Part shown: positions 11,548-25,639 of the stretch, in pieces | How positions within the stretch are numbered: position 1 is the stretch's first letter | How the letters are laid out: every line of letters begins with the position of its first letter | Assembly (NCBI RefSeq): GCF_004010195.1 | Contig: NC_057719.1 | Span: 56,903,187-56,967,186 of the forward strand | Direction: 5' to 3' | DNA: 64,000 bases | From: Chiloscyllium plagiosum | Taxonomy: Eukaryota | Program-made: the position numbers and the translations under genes | The notes under the pieces: generated by a model | The model's database searches: none | What the model saw: the letters and a program-made list of their open reading frames with translations, nothing else | Told to the model about the DNA's origin: nothing

Positions 11548-13043
11548 CTTTAAAAAAAAATTAAAATGAAGAGAAAAGAGGGAATCAAAGCAAAGAGTAG
11601 TATCCATAGTAATGAAAAGTGCTTTCACAAAAAGACAAAAACTAGGACAACATAAGTAAACTACAGACATACAACTGCAGAAGTCAATTCTGTAACACTC
11701 CATGAATTAGGATATCAATCTAAAAATTTTGAAAAGCCATTAAAAACAGCATTTTATTATACTTTGTCCTATTTTTGTGCCATAGGTATTTAGACAACAC
11801 ATGTTTGAAAAGTACAATTATTTAATTCTAAGCCATTACAAAATTCCTTACACATTTTATAGGTCTTGTATAAAGAGAATACTATCCTAAAAGTTTCACA
11901 GTACATGGCAGTAGATTATTCAACTTTGTGACAAAGGTCTTAGGGTTGTTGGTTACTGTGAAGTGCACAGTTTGTTCATTCAAAAATCGATCCTACTCAT
12001 TAAAAAAATGAAGTGAAAACACATTAAACAGTTTTCTCATTAGTAATATGCAGATGTAAACATGAATTTTCTCAGTTTAAGTTGATTTAACAAATAAACA
12101 ACAATACACTATTCCCATAAATGGTAAAGCCAGGTGTCCAAGTGAAAATGGAATGTTGAAGATTGAAATTAAATAATTGAATAAAACTGATATTTAAATG
12201 CATACTAATAACTTGAATAGACAAATGCAGCTTCAGCATTTTCTTGAAGCATGATGGTAAGTAAAGCTAATACAGAAGGAACAATGGGACAGATTTTTAT
12301 TCCTACAGGAACAAAGCTAAGACTGTAAGTTGTAAAATGTAGAAACCTTCATAAGAATGAATAGACCCTACAGATGATGAGAGAGTAAACAGGAGGAGAC
12401 AGAAGAGCTCCAATGATAATTATGCTTCACAGAGTTCATGGAAACATTAAAAAGACATTTGCATGACTGGTGTAGCCTTGTTTATTGATAAAGATATGTG
12501 ATGTAAATACGATGATAGTCATTGACAAGAGAACCACATCTGTAAGTTTTCATTCAATGTTTCAAGGAGAGCACTTTCAAATGTACTTTCATCAAATCTG
12601 TCTTGCACATATGTGCTTAAAAAGATCTGTAATAATTGTATGCAGGAATCAAAAATGAATGCTTTAAAATCACCACAACAATTTTGGCACTGAGAGCAGG
12701 GTCTTTATAATATTGGTTGGTGATACTGGATTGAATGCTGACATCAAAGGAAGGATGAGAATGGTTATTTTATCATCCATTAGATAGGGAGGTCAGCATT
12801 CAAAATGAGCAGATTTGAAGATTTGAACCAGGGAAGAGGTCTGTGTGTGCAATTATTAAAGATGGCATGATGCCACAATTGCGATTTCTTCCTTGGATAA
12901 GAAGGTGTAATTGTAACTGCTTTCAGGTTTAAGCAAATTTAATGAGTAACCATGGGCTAAAACAGTAGACACTGTTGTCTAGGGAGAGAACCAGTAGGGT
13001 TTGATAGGTGAGGCCATTCCCTAGATAGAGAAAACTGTCAAGA

Positions 13044-13997
13044 TAAAGGAGTTAATTTTCTAGCCAGGTATGGTATATGGAGAGACCATTTCTTTGACAG
13101 AGAACCATCAGAGTGTAGGTGTTATACCAGCAAGGCATGGTGGTGCAAATTAGGATGTTTGGATCGATTATGTTTAATCCCGAGTTGGATTGACCTTAGG
13201 CTAGAAACCTTCCAAAGTTAGGATTTGAAGTTATATTCCTAATATAATTTTCAAAAGGGAAAATGAATATTAAATTTAGGCACCGCTAGCTGGAACTTGA
13301 AAACAAATGGTCGCAGTTTGATACAGTGGGCTCAAAGTCAAAATGAAGAAAAGTAGTAGAGATTGGCTTGAGAAAGACAATATAACAAACGTTTATTCCC
13401 CAGAGAGAACAAACATTAATCTTAAATGCTTTTGTGCTGGAAAAGAAAGAGCAGAATTTGAAATAGAGTCTTGTCCAGGAAAATTTTAAAAATGCAGAAT
13501 GATGCAAGTGCATGAACTGGAGACTGATTAGCTCCACCTCTTTGGAGAAACAGACAAAGTTAACTCTTTGCTCTGGCAGATTGAGATTTCATGCCTCAAA
13601 CAGAATGGATCTTTTATGCCTTTTGCTTATGAATGTAACATGTTTACTTAACCACTTCAAGAATTAGCTCAGACATTTATAAGAAATTTGAATCAACAAA
13701 CTATATTAATTTTGGTTAAAGAGATTTTCTGAAAACAATAATAAACACACACAGTCTGATAGTTTCAGTGAGCATGAAAAAGGTAAAGGACATAATTTTC
13801 CAGCTAGATTTGGTACAATGGGGGAAGACCTTGACAGAGAATCTTCAGAGTATAGATGTTATATCAGCATGGCATGGTAGTGCAAATTAGGATATTTGAA
13901 ATGATTACATTTAATTTTGGTCAATGAAATTTTTTGAAACAATAAAAAATCTCACAGTCACACACAGTCTGATGGCTTCAGTGAATACGAAAAAGAG
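13044..13997 (+). repeat. Old diverged tandem duplication (unit about 215 bp); first copy interrupted by about 520 bp
   Basis: 13044-13180 resembles 13784-13915, and 13700-13783 resembles 13908-13997. Confidence 0.7.
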
Positions 13998-15003
13998 GTT
14001 TCTTTTGATAAGATATAAATTATTACCAGGGAAAACTGACATTTTAATGAGCTGTTACTTAAATTTAGGATGATTCTGAGATGCAAAAAGTGTAGCTTAA
14101 TTTAGCAAGTTACTGCTGAAAAAGAAATAAGATAACAGATAAGCAAAATCCAATAGACAGGTTTCACTTTTGAAAGGTATTGTATAATCTATCATAAAGT
14201 TTCTTCAGAGTTTATGAATTAAATAGAATGGTAATTAGTAGGACGTGTAAAACTGTATGAGGGGAAACTTGTAGCGTAAAAAACATTCTGCAAGGAGACA
14301 TCAAAACATGCTGAAATTGCTTCCCTAACAAAAGGGTAGTCATTGATGTATAAGTAAAGAGATTAGCAATTGAGTTGTTCAGGTGTCACTGCTGAGCAAG
14401 CTCGCACACCAAGTCTTACAGACAGCAATGTAACATGCCCTTACATAAGAGAAGTGTCTTCATGGGTTAACAGCTATTTGGAAATAGTGACTGAATGTGA
14501 AAGCAACAGCCTTGTAAGCTCAGAGGTTTGGTACAGGTGCTTCCTTTGCAGATGTATTGTAATAGGAAAAACTTAAACACAGGGTGACATCACACTTAAT
14601 GGTCTCAGCTTAAACTGTACGATTCAAATCTATTTTTGGCTACATGAGAGACAGAAGCAGATCTCTTAATTGTTTTGTTTCAGGTAAACCACCAGAATAA
14701 TGGCAGTCAGCAAACTGAAATAACAGTGGATATCATCCTGGCAACCACAACAGTGTGACAAACACCCATCTATATATCAGCAAGACTACCGGTTTGCATC
14801 CTGGGCAGTACATGCAACAAAGCGACAAAGGAGTCAACTGCTCAAGGCCCTGAGTGGTACAAGGCACAGTGGAGGAATGGTCGTGATTTCACCAGGTTAG
14901 ACAAATTCATTCCCCTTCATACTGGGAATTGCAGGATGATATTATTAAGAATGTGCATTGATATAACTGGCTAGGATGTGCTGATGTAAGATGCTTTAAC
15001 TTA

Positions 15004-15222
15004 CAGGTCATTCTGCTATAATGCGCATTTCGTTAATGTGATTTCACTATAAATTGATGGATGAATTGGGGACACTGTTTCTAACGCGCAAACTTTTAAA
15101 GTGTGTATTGGTAATAATGTGATTCCGGCCCTATTAGTTTAAATAGTGCTGCTATTACACAATTTTCTTATAACATGGAATTGCATGAGAATGGAACTAC
15201 TGCATTATAGCAGAACTGACTG
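15004..15222. mobile_element. Tigger/pogo-type MITE
   Basis: TIRs CAGGTCATTCTGCTATAATGC and GCATTATAGCAGAACTGACTG, flanked by TA on both sides. Confidence 0.8.
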
Positions 15223-17132
15223 TAATAACATAGTTAATGGAGGTTGGAGTAGTGTCCCACTGCTGTATTGCTTCAAGAGGGAGGCATCAAAATGGTCAGG
15301 AACCCAAAGATGACGTTACTGCAATACTAGGAAGGACATATAGTTTAAATAGTTAAAGGTCAACTTCATTGAGTCAATTGGTTAGCAGAGGACAAATTTG
15401 ATCAGCTAGCTGTTGACTAGAAGAATCATAATACTCCTGGAGTAAGGAACTCTAAGAACAGAAAGAAACAGGTTGTGTTCTGGTAGCAATAATTCAGTCC
15501 TATGTTCATTGTAGACCTTCAGTACATATCATTAGGCTTTGTGGGAGGTTTTCAAAGTGCTAAGGGTTTGCAATTTTTGGCCAGAGGGACCAAGTATGCA
15601 ATCATAATGGTAAATATGCAAGAAGCATCAGTAATAAAAGTGTTAACTCTATAATCTGTCTGAAGACTTAACTGATAACATAGGAATGTAAATTCAGAAT
15701 CTGTGTTTTGAAACCATGTCCAGACATACACACAAAGAGATCAGTCTGAATAATCTAGAAACAGAAAGTAAGGAACTAATGGAGCCTCATCCAGCTCAAG
15801 GAACACTGCTTATGTGAGGAAAAGTGCTATGCAACTACTAATCAATTATCTTTTAGCTAATACAGACAAAATCTGAGAATAACCCTACCCAATCTTCTGC
15901 TTGACTGCCGAATTCTAGGTACTGATTAGGCACAAAGAACTAAACAATATATATTAATGCAACTCCATGGAGATACAGCTGACATACAGAACGTCAACAT
16001 GTTCAACTGTGAAGTACTACTTCTGCCAGAGCACCTGCCCGAATGCCACTGCAAAGGTACTGGCAAATCTTCTTGGATTGCCACAATTTGGAACAGAAGA
16101 ATCAGTCCTTAAAAACGACATTGAGGTCATTAAAGACACTAATTCATGGCAGGATTTGTGTAACTGGGAATTTGATGTACAAATCCACCCTTGCATACAG
16201 ATCATCTCATGTGTAGGAGTTAATTAAATGGCAATCATTTTGTCCCTGCTTCCCACAGGCTATGTCTGGATGCAGAGACCATGCAAAGTTACATTTTACA
16301 ACTTACATTCTTAGCTAGTTTCTATATAAATGGAAGCATATTCTGTCATTCCTACAGTCTTGGCTAGATTTCCCAGCAGTGAGGAAACTATAACAGAGGG
16401 CAAGAATTTTCAAATTGAAGTTTTGGTGGAGCAGGATCCAATGTAGATTGGTGGGCACAGGGGAGATGAGTTAATTTGGAGAAACTTGGGAGAGCTGAGA
16501 TGTGAACTTCAAGTTTATGGGGCATATGGATAAAAAGCTGACTAAGGGAGTATTTGAACAACCAAGTGCAAAGGAAAATTTCCTTGGATTTGCATATTGC
16601 AAACTTTCTTTACTAGGATAAAAAAAACAAAGGTTAGACTCATAACGAAAGATTTACCAAATGGAGAAAATAAAACCAAGGTTCTGTTTTATTTCAGATC
16701 TCAATCACTGCAAAGTGTTGGAGAAAAACCTCAGCAGATCTGTCAGCTGTGAAGAGGGAGAGACAGTCAAGATTTCATGACCAATATGAATTTGCCATAA
16801 AATTTGAAGATTAGAGTTTTGGTAGACCATCTCCATGTACATTTGCTACCAAACCGAAGATTTTCCAGCACTTTCTCTTTTTCCTTCTTAAAGACTGAGT
16901 GATGACCTGATACTGGTTATGATAGAATAGATGTTGAGAAAATGCCTCCTTTGGTAGGCAAGAAGAAGACAAAAATCATATATAGAAAGAATTACGAACA
17001 AATCGAAGTCAGAAATTAAGGAGAAACATGTTTAGACAGTACAATGCCCTCCTACAAGTCATTGTTATGGTGACTGCCATTTAAAGGCAAGACAGATAAA
17101 CATTTGAGGGAGAAAGCAATTTAAGAATATGT

Positions 17133-17447
17133 TTAGATTAGATTAGATTACTTACAGTGTGGAAACAGGCCCTTCGGCCCAACAAGTCCACACCGACCCG
17201 CCGAAGCGCACCCACCCAGACCCATTCCCCTACATTTACCCTTGCACCTAACATTACAGGCAATTTAGCGTGGCCAATTCACCTAACCTGCACATTTTTG
17301 GACTGTGGGAGGAAATCGGAGCACCCGGAGGAAACCCACACAGACACGGGGAGAACGTGCAAACTCCACACAGTTGGTCGCCTGAGGCGGGAATTGAACC
17401 CGGGTCTCTGGCGCTGTGAGGCTAACCACAGTGCCACCGTGCCGCCC
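17133..17447 (-). mobile_element. HE1-like tRNA-derived SINE
   Basis: Head GGGCGGCACGGTGGCAC..GGTTAGC, B box GGTTCAATTCC, CR1-type tail gggccgaagggcctgtttccacactgtaag plus (taatc)n. Confidence 0.85.
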
Positions 17448-17559
17448 ACGTTGATGGAGTTACATGAGGTTGAGTGGGAAACAAAGATTAGAACAATTAG
17501 GTCAAATTTCTGTGTAAATATTGAGAGATACTATGCAATACAATTTACTATACAAATGC

Positions 17560-19090
17560 CTGGAAGCAGATTTTTTGCAATGGAGAGCACATGGGCTTAG
17601 ATTTTCAGCTCAGGCAGACCAGTTTGGCATCAGAAACAATGTGCTCAAGGAGGTGAGTGAAATTGATAATGAGAGAATGAAGCTCACAAGGGCTACAAGT
17701 AACGTTTATTTGGATGAGTATTTTGTACTGACTATTCAAAAAACACAAGAGACATGGAGGTGCCTAGAAAGATGTTGATGAGCTGGAACCGGATGTTGTT
17801 GGCATGAAACTTGATGTGAAATCTTATGGGTTATGTTACTGAGGGACAGAATGTAGATAAGGAAGAAGGTTCCAATATTGATCTTTAGTAAATGTCAGGA
17901 ATAATGTCACCAGGTAGGGGAAAAAAGCCAATTCAGCAGGTGCTCTGTCTATGGTTACCAAGGCTGCAGACAAACCAGGTAAGGGCAATCCCACACAATT
18001 GGACAATGGAAAAGAGGCACTGGAGAGGAATAGCATCATCATCAACTGCATTTCAAAAAGGATAATGCACCACAAGGGATATTATTTGTATTTATTTAAA
18101 AGGTTTTTCAGTGTGATGGCTACTGAAAGGTTCAAACCTGTAGTTGCAGGAAATATGTGAATTTGGGAGATGACAACTTACTCAAGAATTTGACATGGGA
18201 GGTTAGATCAGGGAAACCAGGTTTTAAGAACAGCAGTTAATGACTGTGTCATTATCACTCCCTCTTCAGAAAAAAAAAGAAAGGACATGAGAGTAGATAG
18301 GAAAGAAAATAAGCAGTTCAGGGCTAGGGCAGGTGTGAATATTGACAGACAATGGAAGGAGGAATGCAGTAGGGCATTAAACATCGGTGTGCCCTCAGTT
18401 TTAATAATGAAGAAAACCATGAGTTCCGGGTACTTGCTACTGAAGCTCAGGGTTGAGCAAAAAAGGGGTTTAACCAAAGGTTTATTTTAGAAAAAAGTCA
18501 AAGGTTATCTTTGCATTCCAGGAATGAAGAACAAGTTAGTTCTCAGTGTTTTGGGAGTTTTGGGAGTGAAGAACAAGTTAGTTCTCAGTGTTTTCCAATT
18601 GGATGTAGCAATTATTAACTCAATCAGCTGAGCACCACGTACAGAAATTCTTTACTCCTCTGGATTTAAGGGAGAAGAGATAGGGCCCATACCAAGGTAA
18701 TGAGCAGGAAGAGCTAGGGTTTTGCTTGTGGCAAAAACGCAGGCATTAAAGGTAGTGGCAAGCAAATGATTGATAGAAAGATAACTGAAGTTGGATTATG
18801 ACAAACAGAGTGTCATACACTAGATGGTCATGAGTTTGAAAGCACTGCTGTATGTCAGTAGATGATTGAGGGAAGAGATTTTTCTCGATAGGTTCAAACA
18901 TCAGTGGAGCTGGAAGACAGTAGGTGATTACGAATGGTGAGTGATAAAAATAACTGATTACAAGTGATTGCAGTTATGGAAAGAGGGGCCACACGAGATA
19001 GCAAGAACGACAGAGTGGTAAGTTGATAGAGATCAAAGTAGGACTGCAGTAAAGAAATTTCAAAACAAAATATTTTGTGAAGTAAACTAG
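17560..19090 (-). mobile_element. Ancient LINE remnant, probably L2 clade (boundaries approximate)
   Basis: Degenerate minus-strand echoes of PWY, SNLP..ILE, HHTE and VPQ RT motifs in the expected order. Confidence 0.45.
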
Positions 19091-19140
19091 ATAAGTACAA
19101 TATGTTAAATTAAAATACAAATCCTTTGGCATATTAAAAT

Positions 19141-19497
19141 AGAATTAGAATCCCTACAGTGTGGATACAGGCCATCCAGCCCATCAAGTCCACGCTGAGC
19201 GTCCAAAGAGCATACCATCCACATCAGCCCTCCTGCCTTATTTTTGTAACCCTGCATTTCCCATGGCTAATCCACATAGCCTGCACATCCCCTGACATTA
19301 TGGGGCAATCTAGCATGGCCAATCCACCTAACATACATATCTTTGGACTGGTAGGAAACCAGAGTACCTGGAAGAAACCCACGCAGACACGGGGAGAATG
19401 TGCAAACTCCACACAGATAATCACCCGAGTCTGGAATCGAACCTGGGTCTCTGGCGCTACGAGGCAGCAGGGCGAACCATTTGCCACCATGCCGCCC
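19141..19497 (-). mobile_element. HE1-like tRNA-derived SINE
   Basis: Same head, core and tail as the 17133 copy. B box GGTTCGATTCC. Confidence 0.8.
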
Positions 19498-19846
19498 TTT
19501 TTAAAGTTATTAAAGGATGAGTGATCGGTAAAAGGAAACTACGTTCAGAACTGAGTATGCGTCTAAAATTATATCATAGTGCAACAGATCTTTGTAAAAA
19601 ATTTCAGTTACAATACACGAAGGACATGAAATAATTTACATTATTGCAAAAGATGCAAGAAACCCATTTAATCTAACTATAATGTCAAACTGAATATAGA
19701 GACAAAATAAAATTATAACAAGACGAATTTAAATAGCAGTAATTCATTAGCAGATTAACCTTCTTAATTAAGGATACACTCAGAACAAAATATTTGGAAC
19801 AATGAAGAATTTTGAGAAGTCCTTTTGATATTTAAATTTCACGTAC

Positions 19847-20008
19847 CGATGGTTTTCTGTCGTACTATATTTCTTGCCTTTTCTGTTCCAGGGGAACCAG
19901 CAGTGGTGGCACTTCGTTGTCTCATTTGTAAGTGCCCAGGTTGATCACGACTCCAACCACGGGAAAATGATTTATCAACAACTGACTTTTGACATCCGTG
20001 ACTGCCAC
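19847..20008 (-). CDS. RALGAPA1: RALGAPA1 exon [24 protein letters not shown]...IVRQKTI, 162 nt, phase 1 to 1
   Basis: Not in the ORF track. Acceptor aatttag|GT and donor ATCG|gtacgt. Contains [18 protein letters not shown]. Confidence 0.95.
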
Positions 20009-20539
20009 CTAAATTCCAACAGAAAGCAGTTAGATCTAAGCATTACATTTGAATTCCTGTAAGTTAACATTCAGTGATTATGCAATTCAATAATTAAATC
20101 AATTAACCTTTGTTTACTTTTATGTCTAAACTACAAATTTAAAACTGTGTCTCAACCTGCTGGGCTGAGACAAAAAGCAATAAAGCAAACAGAATATTGT
20201 TGCACTTCAATAACATTTAAGAAAGGTCAATAAATTAATTTGTTTTTCTTTTGGCAACTGGTATGTCATTTCATTTACATATATTATCAGAAAATTATAA
20301 TAATTGAGCCTATTTTGGTTCAAGGAAACAAGATAAACTAAAGAAAGCGAGAGTATTGCAGACAAGCGTGCTGCTTACAGACTCTACAGAACTCCAAAGA
20401 TCTAAGTAGTCATGTCAGCTAATTTTGCACAGGAACCATTAAATTGCAAACACCAAACTCCCTTTTGATTGTGCCATTTCGATCAGTTTTGGGCTCGAAG
20501 ATTAAGATTAATTTCAACATCATCCAGATGCATCTGCCT

Positions 20540-20843
20540 GATATTTTTGTATAATACAGTTTCAGTGCTCCACTGTTTGAGTGCTCTTGTTCACAAATAC
20601 TGTGAGATGCTTCTTGAGACAAAGTTTTTCCTATGTCCATGACAACATACATTCCTAAACCAGGATCAGCAAAGCAGGTCAGCTGGTCACTGATCTTATC
20701 ATAATTGTACGATCTTTGTTATATACAAATTGGCCGCAGTATTTTCTGACAGGATGACGATCACTGAACATCAACAAATGGTTCACTCATTGAGAAGAAT
20801 GTTGGAACATCTGAAGCGATAAAATTTACGACATAAGTGCAAA
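20540..20843 (+). mobile_element. Ancient DeuSINE-like (SacSINE1/AmnSINE1-type) remnant
   Basis: ctggtcac..caaattggccgcagtattttc..acataagtgcaa resembles the recalled Deu domain and tail, and the copy at 55195. Confidence 0.45.
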
Positions 20844-21356
20844 CCGTTTTACCTTCGCCTAGATAAAAAAAGGAAGCCACTGGTCCAAGAAGCTAAAATA
20901 CTTTATAGAAGTTTTTATCTTATGGGATAGGAAGGAAGTATTTTGATGCAGTGTCAGAGACGCCCTGTAGATCATTACAGGATTTGAGAAAACTGTACAG
21001 TGAAAATCCTTCCAAATTGTAACTCTGATCCAGCAAAGTCTCCTTAGTCAGTTCCTTAATAATTTCCCTTCTACTTTTTTATGAAGTCCCATTCAAGATG
21101 ACAAGAGTTATGTGGAAGGTCCAAAAGGATTTAACTTCATTTTAGTAAAGTAAATGCCTATGTTAACAAATGTATATTGGAATCAGTCAAAATGCCCTGT
21201 TAGTCTTTTAGACAGCCTGCTATAAATGGCTGACCAACTTCTGTAGCGGGTGTGATGTGTCTCTAGATTTCAATGAAATGTTGAAAAGTGTCAATGGCAG
21301 TCGTGAGGATGTCATTCATCAACACAGTGTATGTAATCTTAGAATAATAAACATAC

Positions 21357-21580
21357 TGAAATAAGAGACGCCGGTACCGTCACCAAGCCACCCTTTATTT
21401 ACATAGTGCTTGACACTGGACCAGCTTCCTCAGAGTCAGTGCGCGGAAATGAAAAGAACCTCTGGCACTCCTAATTATATCTGTCAGCCAGGGGGCCCTG
21501 ATTGGACCAGATTAACTGCCCCAATCAAGGAACTCATATTCTATGAGGCCCACATTGCTGACCTTGTTACAATTATTACA
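21357..21580 (-). mobile_element. Short solo LTR (about 224 bp)
   Basis: On the minus strand it reads TGTAAT...ATTTCA, with CCAAT, ATATAA and AATAAA in order. A 16-bp tandem duplication sits at its edge (21567-21598). The TSD is only partial. Confidence 0.6.
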
Positions 21581-23289
21581 CATTACAATTATTACACATC
21601 ACCTCTACAACCGTATGTGTTAACTGATGACATCCTCATCAGTTATGTCAAATAGGACTCGTCAGCAGAATTACAGAGACTGGAAGTTATCAAGTTCAAT
21701 CATCCCACGAGTGACATTTTGTTTCTGTTTTATCCCAAGCAATGCAAAACACAAGGTTAATTCTTCTTTAATGACTAATTAATATTCAATTGAATGCTTT
21801 ACCAAAAAAAACTTCTAAAATGTCAAATATGTGATTGCAAATACATGCAGTGTAAAATACAACTGCCCAAAACCTTTTGCAAAACAAAGCATGGTTATAC
21901 CATACAAATTGAGGCTTTTTCTTTGTACTATAGCAATTAGTATGTAAGTATATATGACAGGTTAATTTGCTACTTTACTATATGTGTACAGCCTGTATCT
22001 TTTTAAGTTTCTATATTTTTGACAATGAACTGAAATGTGAAAATGACTTTTAAAAACCAAGGAAGGAAAAGCACATTTTAAAAGCAATCATCCAATATTT
22101 ACTATAAGTGTTAGTTGCATTGTTTTTTTGTTGGAACAGTGAGACAAGTGTAGTTGCAAATGAACTGACACGAGGGACTGTGCACAAAATGAGATTTGGC
22201 CTGCAAAAAGTAGCTGATTGGTCTGTACAGAGAAAATCAGTTTGCTAATGGCAATGACTTTCTGCTGTCAACAAGTATTAAAATGTCTCAGAGGTAGCTG
22301 AACAACTTGTTTGTGTGACCGAATTGGTCAGAAGCAGAAGAAAGGTGCTGTGAAGAGACATCTCTGCAATTAAACAAAAAATACACCTAATGCCAGAAAA
22401 ACAGCAATTTAATTTTCCTTACCAGTCGCTGTAAGCAATTGCTTTTAACCAATAAGTTGGGAGACCTGAAAGTTTGTGAACTAGTGCAAACAACAAAAGT
22501 ATGTGCAGAAGAGAGATCAAACAGCAGCAAGTCCTGGCAAACCAAAAAGGATCATCTCAGTGAACATCATGAACAGGGATTACTGAACGATCTTCCTGGT
22601 TTTCCCTCCACCTATAGTTTTTGTGTTTGTGCATGTGCACGTAGGGGGCAGTTTTATAAGGAGAGGCCAGAGATTTAGCCAGAAGAGAGTTATTTGTTGT
22701 TATTTCATTTTTGTTTACCTGTAGCTAGAAATTATTTATTTGCAATAAGTAGTAATTCTTGTTAAGTATAGAAACCTGTTCATATTTTCTGGATCTAAAA
22801 GACAGATAAATCTGAAAATTTGTGCACTTTGGTAAAATCTTCAATTTTACAATGATTCTAGGAATAGTAGGGCTTGATTCCTTGCATGCTGTCCCAATGA
22901 GGCTTGATAGGAACATGCTAAGCACATTGTCACAGGTAAAATCAATAACTAACACCCATTATATATTGACAATGCTAGAATACAGTATTATAACATGACT
23001 AATTCAAATTAATCCTCATTGCAGACTGGGTAAAGATGGTAGATTTGCTTCACTAAAGGATTCTGGTGAATTAAAAGCTGCAGTCACGTTGTGATGGAAT
23101 GCATAGTTTGCACAGTCCAAGTGACATACCATAATCTGGGGGAGGTGCCAGAATCGGGCCCTGGAGAACAGAGTGAGAAGTGGGTATTGACATACAACTA
23201 GGACTGAGAAAGAGCAACAGTGAGCTTGAGACTAAGTGCAGTTGGTGAATTGGACCAATGGACAAGCCAAGAGAAGAGCTACACTGAAA

Positions 23290-24570
23290 GAAACATTAGA
23301 AAAATTAGACATTTTTGGGCGAGTGAAATTATGTCTCACAATCTTGATTCGTTTTTTGAGTAAGTAACCAAGAGGATTGACACGAGCAGAGCAGTGGACA
23401 TTACTTACTTGGATGTTAGGAAAGTCTTTGATAACGTTCCACATGGTAGACTAATTAATAAAGGTGGATCACATGGAATTCAGGGTGACCTTCCCTACTG
23501 GATACAAAATTGGCTTAACAGCAGGAGGCAGAGAATGATGATGGAGAATTGTTTTTTGTACTGGAAACCTGTGACCAGCTGTGTTCCACACGAATCAGTG
23601 CTGGTGCCACTTCTGTTTACCATTTACATAAATGATTTAGATGAGAATATGAAAAGCATTGCTAGTAAGTTTGCGAATGACACCAAGATTGTTGGTATAG
23701 TGGACAGTGAAAAAGGCTATTGAAAATTACAAAGTGATCTTGATCATTTGGGTCAATGCGCTGAAGAGTGGCAAATGGAGTTTAATTTGGATAGATTTAC
23801 GTATCATTTTTGATTGTTTTACCAAAATGCAAGACTTATACAATTAAAAGTAGGGCCTTGGGAAGTGCTGTAGAACAGAGAGACCTAAGGATTCAGATAC
23901 ATAATTGTTTAAACTTTGTATCATATAAAATAGGGTGGTTAAAAATGTTTAACATGCTTGTTTTTATTGCTAGACCTTTGCGCATAGGAGTTGGGATATT
24001 ATATTGAGGTTGTACAGGACATTGGTAAGACCTCTTCCAAAGTACTGTGTCCAGTTTGGTTTCACTGTCATTGGAAGGATACCATTAAGCTGGAGAGGGT
24101 TCAGAAGAGATTTGCCAGGATGTTGGGGGAATGGAGCGTTTGGGTCATAAGAAGAGACTGGATATGCTGGAACTTTTTTCACTGGAGCATAGAAGATTGA
24201 GAGGTCACCTTAAAGAGGTTTGTAAAATTAGAAGGGGTATAGATAAGGTGAATGGCAGATGTCTTTCCATAGGGTTGGGGGATTTCAAGACAAGGGGACA
24301 TGATTTTAAGGTGAGAGGAGAAAGATTTAAAAAAGACGAGGGGCAACGTTTATACAGAGAGAGTGGTTAATGTTTGGAATGAATTTCCAGGGGAAGTGGT
24401 GGATGTGGGCACAATGTTTAAAAGATATTTAGTTCAGTAAATATCATGAGCAAGAAATGTTTGGAGAGATATGAGCCAAGCACAGGCAGGTGCGACTAGT
24501 TTAGTTTGGGATTATGGTCAGCATGGTCCAGTTAGACTGAAGGTCTGTTTCCATGCTTTATGATACTGTG
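23290..24570 (+). mobile_element. CR1 LINE RT and 3' end (decayed)
   Basis: YLDVRKVFDNVPH, YINDLDE, SKFANDTKI, LERVQKRFARM, CR1 tail. Confidence 0.9.
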
Positions 24571-25639
24571 ACTCCACACAGAGGTCATGTGGCTGATTGT
24601 GTATACACACCAGCAGAGAATGCTTTTATGCCACTAAGTGACACCAGCTGGCAAGAAAACAAGTCCATGTGGCCAGATTCGCTGAAAGTGGTGATGCACT
24701 TGGACAGTGAACAGGAAAGAGAGATCCAGGAGTGAAGCTAAATAAATTGCTGTCTTCGTTACATAGAATTAATCAAGAATAACCAGTCACGGACATGGGT
24801 GGAAGGTTGTGGAGAACTGCACCATTTTGTTGAAGGTTGTAGAGCAGAATTTGGGAGTGGTAGGGGGAGCTCCTATACGATAAGTCTCTAGCTAATTAGC
24901 TGAAGGATAGCAGCTGCAATTCTCTGAGGAAGGTCAGAGTTTTCAACGGCCAAGTGGCTCAAATTGCAGTTATACATGTGGGGTAGGATACCATAAATCT
25001 GAGAGATCCATCTTTGTTGTAACTGTTATTTAACATGTAATTTATAATATAGAGTCATTCATATTTATTGAATATTTATTATGTGCTGATTTTACTTTGC
25101 CTGTTAAAGTAAAATTATCAACTGGTTTTTTGCATTGGAGGTCATTTAAGATCGAGTTGAAGAAGAATTTTTTTCCATGAGGGTAGTAGATCTGTGGAAT
25201 TCTTTACCACAGAGGGCTGATGAATCTTCATTGTTAAGTACATTTAAGGCTGAGATACACACATTATTAATCAGAAAAGGAATCAAGGGTTATAGAGAAA
25301 AGGCAGAAAAAAATTGAGTTCAGAATTATCAGAATCAGCCATGATGTAATTCAACGGCAGAGCAGATTTGATGGGCTGAATGGTCAACTTGTATTCGTAC
25401 TTCTTACAGTTGTTCAATAAATTGATTTAATTTGGATTTTTGATCTCCATGGGGTTTGTAATTCTGATCTGGCCTAAATGTAGCTTCAGACCAATAACAA
25501 AGTGGAAGAATCTTAACTGCCCATTCAAATGACCTCAACTTTACAAAAAAAGGTAAGAAATAAACAGGGCACAACATCCAGCATTGATCTCAACACCAGA
25601 TAAAACAGGAAGATTGCCTAACCCAAGCCTTGTCGATAA

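Noticed and set aside
17157..17600. 147-aa ORF and similar ORFs at 19159, 41421-41913 and 60550
   Set aside because: Chance translations of HE1-like SINEs.
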